From assembly GCA_026023565.1 (NCBI GenBank), contig JAPETS010000002.1, positions 1 to 64,000 of the forward strand: a stretch of DNA of 64,000 bases, in the 5' to 3' direction. A program made the position numbers and the translations under genes. The notes under the pieces are model-generated. The model was not told the origin of the DNA and searched no databases. It saw only the letters and a list, made by a program, of their open reading frames with translations. This document shows, in pieces, positions 53,924 through 64,000 of the stretch. This DNA is from Cirrosporium novae-zelandiae (taxonomy: Eukaryota). The number at the start of each line of letters is the position of its first letter. The stretch's first letter is position 1.

Positions 53924-55167
53924 ATGCCCTCGATTCCGCCCTCTCCCCAAACGCCCACTCGAACACGTCATCGTCCCCCCAGCATTCAACTTTCCGACCC
54001 TTCTCCTAATTCTCCTTACTCATATTCTCATAGCCAAAACAGCTCTTACAATTCACCCACAACACCACGACAGTTGTCCCCGGCCGTCAATGGAAGCGCA
54101 AGAATGGAAATGTTTGAGAGTACTAACGACGGAAATGGTCTCGGAAGTCTGGCAGATGAGCTAGCCGATGCTTGGGACGAAGATGAATTGGCTGATATAT
54201 CCAACATGTCAGCTCCAGATCGAGAAAATTCGATTGATAGTGCTTTCGAAGCCGTGCCAGGGGAACCTTATATTGAAGATATGCATGATATGGGAATTGG
54301 TGGGATTGTATCGCGGAGTCTAGAGTCTAGACGGGATTCACTTAGTCCACCAACTCAACGACATAGTAGAACTAAATCACTGTACGATGGATCGGAATAT
54401 GAATATGAAGATGACGAAGATATGCTAGACACAGCTGGACTGGCACCAGGGCTCGAAGCGCAGATGGCTGCGATAGAAGCGTTGGCAAGAGTCGGCACAC
54501 AAAATAACGGCGGAGAGATGGATGGAGTAGTTCAGAGATTAATTGATCGTTTAGAGGATCTGGGAAGCCAGTCTAGCATCGAAAATGGAGCAACTAGGTA
54601 TGAATATCACCTCTATTCCCTCTACTAGTAAAAAATATAATGCTTTTTGCTGATCGTCTGGCTATATTAAGACTCATAACCGCTCATACCGCCTTGACTT
54701 CTCACATTACCTATCAGACCCGAACCCTGCAGTCTCTTACCTACTCTCTCCTTTCGCCATTGTCTGTCCCCCCTTCTCCAGAAACAATTGACGACCTGCT
54801 CCCTCTTCTCCTCGCTACCCTTCCCCTAATCCCACAACCGACAACCAACAGCCTGAACTCCCTCCTTTCCCTCTCAAATTCCACGACGGACATCATTTCC
54901 ACCTTCAATTACCTGTCTGACACATTGCACATGAGTCGTCAGACAACTACAGCAGCGAGCAGGAGGCTAAGAAGCACCAAGGAACTGGTAGCGGAGATAC
55001 GGAAAGATAATGAGGAAAGAGAGGAAGGTGTTGCGTGGATTGAAAGGGGTGGGTGGGGTGAGAGACTAGAAAAAAGGGAGTGCGCTGGCGTTTGTAGAGA
55101 TGTGGTGGGTGGGTTTGAAGAAGTATGTCAAGGATGGCGAGAGAGACTCCTCGCGGGTACTGCGTGA
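53924..55167 (+). CDS. Conserved fungal hypothetical protein, 2 exons
   Basis: GLGSLADELADAWD, SLYDGSEY, SQSSIENGAT-RLITAHTALTSH across intron ~54598-54671, LSDTLHMSRQTTTAASRRLRS, CAGVCRDVVGGFEEVCQGWRERL. Confidence 0.85.
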
Positions 55168-55673
55168 TTTTACTATAGAGCGAGCCTCTATCTAGAGAAC
55201 TGCTATTAATGTTGCTTGGGGAGGATGTTGTCTGGCGGGAAGGCGTTTTTTCGGGCCGGGGTTTGGCTGGGTTTTGGGAGCAGGCATATCACGGATAAAT
55301 CTACATGCATGTCTCTTGATAGACTACGATACCCGACCGAGCTACAGAAGAAGTATTCGGGAATACTGGAAAACAAGACCCTTGATTGGTCTTTTCTTTT
55401 TTTACTTTATAACCTTTGAGACATCTTTTAACTTTTATGCAACAACATATATGTCCTTTTTCGATTTATCATCGTATTCATCCAGCCTTTGCATTTCGCT
55501 GTGGTCATTTTGTGCCTGCCTGCTGCTTCTATCTAGCCAGTTACACACAGTCATGTCAAAAGAGCGATTATCTGGTGATGCAGTAAATAAAACGCCCTCA
55601 CGTAACAAACATAAGGAGAAAAAATAAAAAGTCGAAGAAATCCTGAGTACTCGTCCTGACAAAGTCAACCTAG

Positions 55674-58600
55674 CTAGCGACGGTGAGGAGGTACCCATTT
55701 TCCTTTGGTCGGGGCGGAAGCCTGGCCAGAGGCAGGGGAAGGAGAATCGGTTTCACGGCGGTCAGGGGTATGCGAACGAATTGGTGGGGAGGAAGCGCCT
55801 GCAGTTCTGTTGCGGAGCGCTGGAGGAATATAGCCAGTGCGCTTGAGGGGGGCGGGCGCGGGAGCAGGCTCTTCGTCTGGGGTTCCATTGGCAGCAGGAG
55901 GTGTTAGCGAAGCTCCATTCCCACCTTCCTTTCCATCCTTCTCCTTCTGCGCCAATCTCTCTCTCCATCCACCAGCCTTGCCTCCAAAAAGACGCGGAGG
56001 ACCTGTACGACCTTCGGAGGACCCAGTACGTTCTATCACCCGGTCGGGTACAGCACGTTCGGGTATGGTATGTTCGGGTGTAGCACGTTCAGAAGCACGT
56101 TCAGGAGTACGTTCAGGAGCACGTTCAGGAGTACGTTCAGGAGCACGAGCTTTGAGAACACTATGACGAGCGGCTGCCTCGTCCTCCTTCATCAGTCTCA
56201 GTCGGGCTTCCTCTGCTGTCTTCGCTCTCTCTGCGGCTCTCTTGGCACGAGCTTCCTTCTCTGCTTCCTCCTTGGCCGCTCTCTCTTCCTCCTCACGCTG
56301 GCGCTCCTCTTCTTCTTCCCGTTGGCGGCGCTCAGCTTCCTCCTGCTCAATGCGCTCACGGTGCTTCTTCTCAATGTATTCCTTTCTCCTTTGCTTCATC
56401 TTGGCTTGGAGCTCACGCTCAGCATTGCGTCTCCTCTTGTCATATTCCTCCTTCCTCTGGTGCTCGATGTCTTTGCGGAATTTCTCATACGCAGGTACAA
56501 GTCTGCTGAGCCGATGTTTCAGTGCAACGTCTTCCTTATGCTTCTGTTCAGCTTCCTGGAGTCTCTGGTTCTTGTCCTTCTCGAATATTTCCCGATCAGC
56601 TTTTTTCTGAGCCTCGTAGTCCGTAGGGAAATGCTTGAGTTCTTCTCGACGGTAAGCACGTTCGAGATGGTCAATACGTTTCCCTGTGATACGCACACGG
56701 TCGCTCAGTTCATTCTTCTCCTTCTCAAGTTGCGCCAACTTAATGGCTCTCAATCGGTTGGTATCAAGATTCTCCATATCATCAATCTCGATGTCAATGT
56801 TCTTTACTCCGGTTTTGAGCTCCTTGATTTGCTTCTCGATCTCAATCTGTCGAATCCGTTCTTGTTCTTGCTTCAGCCTCTTTTTCTCACGTTCTTGTTG
56901 CTCCTCCCTCAACCGTTTTGCCTCTGCTTCTTGTTGTTGTTGGATACGAAGGCGTTTCTTGGTCTCTTCATCTTGTTGCTTGCGTTTCAACGCATCAGAA
57001 GCTGCTTCCTTCTTCTTTTCAATGATAGCGCGACGGGCGAGAGTTTCTTCATGCTCAGTACTTGCACCCGCTTCAGCCCTGGTAAAGGCTGCAATTTTGG
57101 CTTGTTGGCGAGATTCATTGAATGAAGGGTCAACATATTGACAGGTGATGTATAGAGTCTTAGCCAATCGAGTAAGCTGGGACCGCACGATTTCCGCCGG
57201 TGTGCTTTGCAATCGCTGTACAGTACCAGTTTCACTCTCTGCTGAGCCAGCTGCGCTACCTGGATGGAGGGCTTTGGCAGCTGAAAATACATCAGAATCA
57301 AAGGTGAGAATGCCAGAAGCATGGTTTACTCGGATTGCTAAATCGCCCTTCTTACAGCCATTCATGATGAATTTTTCGATCGTGGATGAATCGACTTGGA
57401 ATGGTTCAGGGAATTGTGCTAAATCATAAACAAACTTCAACTCGACCGACTCGTAGACTTGAGATAGCTGCTGAAAGAGCCTGGTTAAGATAACTTGTTG
57501 AAGGGGCTTGACATATTTCTTCATCTCCTCGTCGGCACCGATTTGGGTCAAAATAGGGGATATCTTTCGGCAGATAGATAGAGGGTGGAAGTCGACCTCA
57601 AGGATGTTGAACAAGTCACGAATCTCAGGACGAGCACGTTTCAGAAGGCCTTTGCCCGCGGCATCTTTGAATAGCCCAGCACGAGTTGGGGCTTGCTGCA
57701 TTCCGAGCAGGTTCGTAAGACGAGTGTTCTTGTTCTTCCTGATCTCATCCACATCGACCAGCGTGCCTCGAGAGCGTGAAGTACTAATGACAGGAATAGA
57801 AAGTGCAGAGAGTAAAACAAACGAGGCAGCCTTGGTCATATCTGCTTCAGACACCGCTGGATTCTCTTTTTTCGAGCCATGACCAGCTGCAAGCATAGCA
57901 GACGATTGACGTAGGATATTGTAGTATCTGCTCCAGGCAGCAGCGTGGAAAAGATAATTCTCGCTAACTAAGAAAATCTTCGTAAGTTTCTCATAGTAAT
58001 TCGCCATCATAATATTTTGAGCAGGCCGCTTGCTGGAGCTGAGAAGGGTGTGAATATCTTCAACACTGCGGAATGCCTCTTGCCATAGTTCAAGATCCAC
58101 AGCAGCATTTAGCTGGTGGAAGCGAAGATCCAAGTGACGTTTAAGGGTATCAGGGTCATTGAGGTTGATGGCATGCATTTGGTTGGCGTATTTGATAGCA
58201 TTTGCGACATGGTTTCGCAAGAGCTCACAAAGTCTTCTGAACTCAGTCTTCCGGGCATACTTAAGACAGAACTGGAATGCCTGGAGAGCAGTAGATGCAT
58301 AGAGTATTTCCAAACGAGCATTGTTCTTCAGAATTTCCAATACCGTACGGTATGTTTCCCAAAGGAATTTCAGCCAAGGGGTGACAATAGCACGGTCTGT
58401 ACGGTCACGGGATTGTTCACCAGAGACGGTTGCGAGAAGAATGGTCTCTGGTGTTTCGATTGCTTCAAGATCCTCGACATTTGCGGCTGGGGCGGCTGAT
58501 TCAAGGGTGGACTGTACTTCATCCGCTTTAGCCTGGGCTTCTGTGACCTTCTGTTCTGCAAGTTCGATGAACTTCTTGAGCACCATCTATCAAACCCAGA

Positions 58601-59111
58601 GATAAGTTAGCCATATATATCAAAAGAGCGGGGAGACGGAATGAATTCTCACCTCAATCGTTCCAACATTTGTGTTTTGTGCAATATTCTTATATTGATA
58701 GAGTCCATCTTTGGCAGACTTTCCTTTCCGTAATTCCACACACAACTCGACGAACAAGAGCATAACAGGTTCAAGCGATGAGATAGGGCTATTTCGGGTT
58801 CGTTTTGAAGTGACATGTTCGTGGAGGATTGTCAAGGCAGCGGGCGATTGCCCAACTGCAATGAGCTCTTGAGCCCGCTATATTTCAAGTCAGTCGGGTC
58901 CTATTTCTAAATCTCGACGCTTTCTTTGACTGGGGTTGTTGTAATTTGAGTGAAGTTGAGCCACCGAGTCCAGTAGGTGGTCGCCAGCACAGAAACCAGC
59001 ACGTTCACCCAAAACAATAGATCTTCTAGTTGCGGATGATTTGGGACATATAACAAATCCTTTACGTACCTTGAGAACGTTCTCAGGCTTGGTGTGTGGT
59101 GGAGGCGGCAT
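55674..59111 (-). CDS. TIF32: Eukaryotic translation initiation factor 3 subunit A, 3 exons
   Basis: [20 protein letters not shown], introns 58878-59069 and 58587-58652, [40 protein letters not shown], and a charged coiled-coil tail. Confidence 0.97.
56053..56147 (-). repeat. Coding 12-bp tandem repeat in eIF3a (R-A/T-P-E units)
   Basis: The + strand reads gcacgttcagaa gcacgttcagga gtacgttcagga gcacgttcagga gtacgttcagga gcacg. Confidence 0.9.
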
Positions 59112-60133
59112 GTTGGGCAAATACCTTAGTTGATGAAAGTTCTCTCACGGTGATCAAAATCATTATATTATTCAAATGTGTGCGGAGGGCTATCGGCCTG
59201 CGGGGAAAGACCATGAGTGCAAATTTGAACTAGAACCTAACTTGTAATAAATGTATGCCTTACTGCCTTGCTGCCTTAGTCTAATTACTACCTCCTTGAT
59301 TATGTATAGAGGTAATTTACATATAATAATTAGTTAACATATAATTCTACTTGGTACAATAATAGACTTGAAATCATCTAACTTTTTGGGTCTCGAGATG
59401 ATGTTGTGCGTAAACGGATATACCCGAAAATTAGGTTAAGAGTTATCCCTTTTTTGCCGAGTTATACCTTACCGGGAAGTTCATAATTCCCCCCTTCCCA
59501 CCCCCAATAATAAAGGAAAAACCTTGGAAGGGCACTTGAGTGATGCTATGCAGTTTAAGTGCAGCTAATTATGAAGGAACTCATCAAACTAATGTAAAAG
59601 CAGAACCCACTTTTTCATGTATGGTCATCTAATGTATTGAATACACCACGAATACAGTTCAATACTTCATAATTACTTCATCATACGTGGTAATTGTTCA
59701 TAATCCTTCATAATCTTTCACAATCCTTCCCTAATCTTTCCTAATTCTGATTGATGCCAATTTATTAAGGTTGGTATTGTAATCAACTTTTGCAGTGTAT
59801 GAGTACGTGCACCTCCCCTTCAGCCTCCGTCGCTCCGTCTCATTTGGTGTTCTCCCTCATCAAAAGGACGACTGGCGATCAACCCAACCTACATTGGTCG
59901 TTAGTGAAGTTCGTTAAGACACCAGAGAAAACCTACCTAAGAAACAACCTCCTGGAATCCTAACCCTCGTCCTCCACCCTCTTCGTCCATCAGTCCTCAC
60001 TGTCGTGATCGCGCTTCAAAGCGCTGTACTTTCTCAATTCTCAATCGCTCTTCGCCCGGCCTTTTATTCATTTACAACATCTTCCAACTACCTTAATCGT
60101 TCCTTCAACCTTTTTAAAACTAGGAGTTTCAAG

Positions 60134-60589
60134 ATGCCGGCCTACGAGCTTCGATCGGGGGGTGATGCAAAGAACAAAAAGCAGTCGATGGCAGACCTCA
60201 AACTGCGACGTCTAAATGAACTTAACCTACGGTTAAAGGAAGATTTAGATCGACCAAGAGTAAAGGTTGCCGAGGCCTCGATGTCGTGAGTCTTTCTCCT
60301 TCCTTCGAGAAGTCATCCTTTTTCACTCAATCACCTCTTGAAAACATCAATTGAAGTCCATAATCATGCTAATGACATCTCGTTTGACCCATAGCCTCAT
60401 AAGTTACTGTAATAATACCAAAGATTACATGGTACCCTCAGTTTGGGGTAATGTAAGTAGCTTCTTCACTTCCATCCGTCCATTGTCGCGTTCCCTGATG
60501 CTCCGATACTAATAATCCTTCTTCAGGTCGAAAAACGAGATGATCCTTACGCGCCTCAACAGAGCGGCGGATGCTGTATTGTTATGTAG
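60134..60589 (+). CDS. gpgA: Heterotrimeric G protein gamma subunit, 3 exons
   Basis: Exons 60134-60285, 60395-60452, 60527-60589 give MPAYELRSGGDAKNKKQSMADLKLRRLNELNLRLKEDLDRPRVKV...KDYMVPSVWG...DPYAPQQSGGCCIVM (CCaaX). Confidence 0.97.
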
Positions 60590-61805
60590 GCAATGAGGTT
60601 CTCGGGGCTCCGGCACGGTGGTTATAGCTGCAAATACGGCGTTTACGACATTTACTCTTTTCCAATTTTTTTGCGAAACCCAACTATTTCGATTCCTACT
60701 CCTCCTTGCTCCTCCTGCTCAGCATACACCCACCTATCGACCCACCCGGCATTTATTACAAAGAAAAGGGGATCGGGGAAAACAACACTTTCTGGGTTTA
60801 TTCGGCGGTGGCTAATTGAGACTCACTACTGTAAACACAATCCGGCTTTACCTTCTTCCTCTCTTTCTGCGCCTGGACACCAACTATTACACCCAACATC
60901 CATTTCTCATTACGTGTACGCGCTCACATCATTATTCTCAATATCAAAAACTACGTACGATTCCGGCAATGGGGGAGGGGGGATTGGTCCTATTTCATCA
61001 CGGAGCGACTATCGTCGAGACTAGAAGGGCTTACCTTTCTTATGTTAATTACCTTGTGTGCTCTGTTATCATTCTCGCGAAGGGGTTTTATGGAGGACAC
61101 TTTTCGACTGAGAAGGTGGTGGTATTATTTCTTTACTCGACTTCACTGTAGATTATCTAGGGGACTCCAATTACAAATCAATTATGGTTGCATTTGGTCA
61201 CCCTCCCCTTTGGAATGAATAAATAATTTGGATATGCTTGACGCTCAATATCAATTGGCAAAGTTGGCACTTTCTAGCAAATAATAATGATAATATTGCT
61301 ACAACTTTCCATCCAATAAAACTAAAACAAAGTAGGTAACCGTACATAAGGTATTGTAAACTTCGCTATCTCGAACCCTAGAAAGCAAGAAAGGAAGAGA
61401 AAAAAACATCAAAGAAATTGCGATTGCTAAACACGTCCATCCCATCACCCCATCCTTGCCTTTGGAGACTCACGGATTCCTCAAGGCCAACAAGCGGTCC
61501 AAAGGGTCCCAGTGACAGGAAGACTGTGTTTAGTTACTCTACCCTCAACGCCATCCTTTATTTTAATTGGTTGGTTAGTCTAAGGCGGGTGTTTACCGGC
61601 CAGAGTTGTTTCTCCTCCACAGGGATATTCCCACCTGAATTGACTACCTAGGTAGTAATCTCACTCCTCATCGACCCAACATGCTATCATCCCATACATA
61701 GCAAATAAATTCTTTTTGGAATTTTAATATACAACATACATATATTAAACCTTAAGAGGGAAGGGAACGAGATAGAAAGAGAGAGGGGAGAGAGAAGTCA
61801 TAATA

Positions 61806-63660
61806 ATGATGGAGAAGGATGAACCTGTCGTTACGCAGCAACCTCCTCTTCCACATCCTCCTTCTGCAAGAGGGCGTGAGGAATGGGGTGATGGTATCCA
61901 GTTTCCAAGAGTGACCATCGAATTTTGTAGTAAGTTTGCCTTTTTCGATTTTTTCTTTTGTTTTTTTGTTTTTTTATTGTTATTTTTTTGAAATAAGATG
62001 AGCTATCTATCCTATTTGGAAGATCATATCAGGGAATTTCTTTTTGGGACAATCCTTCAAAGTTGGGTTCTGATGCTAATAGAGATTGTATCTCTTTCCT
62101 CCTTCTAGCTCAGTGTAAATGGATGCTCAGGGCTGCATATGTAGGTAATCTATTTCTTATCTTCCAAGCAAATTCACAGCTACAAGTTTTGAGATTTCCA
62201 TTTTTTTTTGGGGGGGGGGGGCAACAAACCACATCACCTAATAATATACAACTATTCAAGATGAACTCAAGCCCCCATTCTTCATATAGTTCTCCCCCTT
62301 CCCTTACCACGCCACACATATGAATTTTACCCACATACATACAACCAATTCCCATCATTATCAAGCCACAATAACAATGACCACCTTATAGGGAACATAA
62401 CTATTTTGTTGGTCATACAACATAACCCGAGCACCAATACTTAATACTTAGAAGAACAAGAAAAAAGCAAGAAAAAACTCACATATCTATCCCCACCTTT
62501 GCGCCATCACCTATAATCCACCCCACACACATTATACCCTTTTCAAACCGTCTCTCACTATCTCATTTATACATATACATGTACCTATCTAATACCATTC
62601 CCAAAAGTTTGCCCAAGAACTCCTCTCGACCTTCTCCCTCACCCTGGGAGAAGTATCCCTGATCCCCAGCACCAGTGGAACCTTTATCGTAACATTAATC
62701 ACTAGCACTCCTTCGAAATCCGATAATAATGATGATGACGGTAAAATAAATAACGATAATGGTCGTGCCTCTGAGGTTAGGATCCAAAAACATGCAATTT
62801 GGGATCGGAAAAGGGATGGTGGATTTCCCGGTACGTTTATGTTGGTCTTGTTTTTTTTTATCTTCGCTTGTTCTTGTTCTTGAATGTCTGGCGAGTTATG
62901 TTTGGTATCTGGTTGGGTTGGTTATGGATAGAGAGAGAGTGTGTGTAGTATGCGTATAATGAGACCAAGCCAGATACCAAGCACCAAACCAGACGGCACC
63001 ATTTTACTTTTACTTTACTTTGACTTTATATTTCTTTACAAGTACACAAACGTTTTATATCATTACCCCATATCCTCCTTCATCTTCACCTTCATCCCCA
63101 CCCCATCCCCATCTCTAACTCCACCTCCTCAACCCCCCCTTCCCTTTCCAGTTCCCAAAACCCACACACCAAACCCCAATCCCACATGATAATCCCCTCC
63201 TCTCTAACCAACGCCAAAAACACCAACACCAACAACCAACCAACCCCATCTATAACTTTTTTTCTAACCCTCCCCACATACAGAAACAAAAGAACTCAAA
63301 AAGCGGATTCGAGATGTCATTGATCCCACACGGAATCTAGGTCACGTTGACGGGAAGAAGAATGCTACTACTACCACTACTACCACTACTACTCCTGATG
63401 TTGATGTTGATGCTGCTGCTTCTTCCCCATCATCCCAGAATAATGGTAAAGCCGATGTCGAAATTGAAGAAGCTGAAGCCAAAGCCAAAGCCGTTCCTTC
63501 CTTGTCAGCAACTGCCGCACGCAATAACAACAACAATAACAACAACAAGTTCAAAGAGGAGGAGGGGGGGAAGAAGGACGAGAATAATGATGATGATGAT
63601 GATGATGCAATATCTAAGCGCGACGAGAAGGGATGTCTAGAATGCACAGATTGTGGATAA
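61806..63660 (+). CDS. Rdx family (SelT/SelW/SelH-like) thioredoxin-fold protein, Cys form, 4 exons
   Basis: Exons 61806-61929, 62109-62140, 62608-62830, 63284-63660 give PRVTIEFCTQCKWMLRAAYFAQELLSTF...GEVSLIPSTSGTF...WDRKRDGGFPETKELKKRIRDVIDPTRNLGHVD...GCLECTDCG. Confidence 0.92.
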
Positions 63661-64000
63661 AGCCTTTAAAGCCTAAAAGCATAATCTAGTCTTAATCGCG
63701 TTTCCATCGTCTGTCTTGCCATCGTCTCCTCGCCAAGTAGCCGAGTTTCGTACAAAAGTTCATTTCAGCCAAAACATACACTTAATAAAGCGCCAGACTC
63801 TCTGTCCCCTTTGCCAGTGGTATCATAGTTCGTGTCAACGCCAAAAAAAGGAATTAGGTTCCCTTACGAGTCGAAAAAAGGGTTGTTGAAAAAAGGAAAT
63901 GCTGTGGAAGCTTGTATTTTTGTTCTTCGTCTTCTTTGCTCCTGCAAACTGCCCATCAAACGTCACTCATTACCAGAACCTGAACAGGTCGTGGACGAAA

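Noticed and set aside
56070..57125. 351-aa hydrophobic + strand ORF and other ORFs antisense to eIF3a, RTC4, DUF726, SNU114 and TFIIIA
   Set aside because: Antisense shadows of charged or biased coding sequence, with no independent motifs.
61920..62120. Possible selenoprotein (Sec-TGA) in the SelT/SelW-like gene
   Set aside because: The spliced motif is TGT ACT CAG TGT (CTQC). There is no in-frame TGA, so this is the ordinary Cys homolog.

Overview
Eukaryotic genomic DNA from a filamentous ascomycete (Pezizomycotina), judged from short GT-AG spliceosomal introns with CTRAC branch points and from gene content. About 19 spliced protein-coding genes, mostly housekeeping: an RTC4-like protein, a DUF726/Mil1-like lipase-fold membrane protein, RRN3, a conserved His/Ser-rich hypothetical protein, a GPI-anchored GH13 alpha-amylase-like enzyme, a LITAF-domain protein, a tandem-domain (DUF7726-like) protein, SNU114, ERG10, TFIIIA head-to-head with RPB6, CIA2, a Zn2Cys6 transcription factor, an MFS monocarboxylate-type transporter, NAT3, a conserved hypothetical protein, eIF3a, the G-protein gamma subunit and an Rdx (SelT/SelW-like, Cys form) protein. 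I recognised no tRNA, rRNA, CRISPR array or intact transposon, and found no clearly new multi-gene system. The best leads are the AgtA-like His-to-Asp GPI amylase, the yeast-like TFIIIA/RPB6 divergent pair, an intron needing a GAG acceptor plus several AAG acceptors, the tandem HTH-like protein, localised compositional islands with strand-skew flips and intron expansion, a collagen-like micro-ORF and a probable decayed gene in a ~9.7 kb gene-free interval. All exon boundaries and family calls come from manual reading without database searches.
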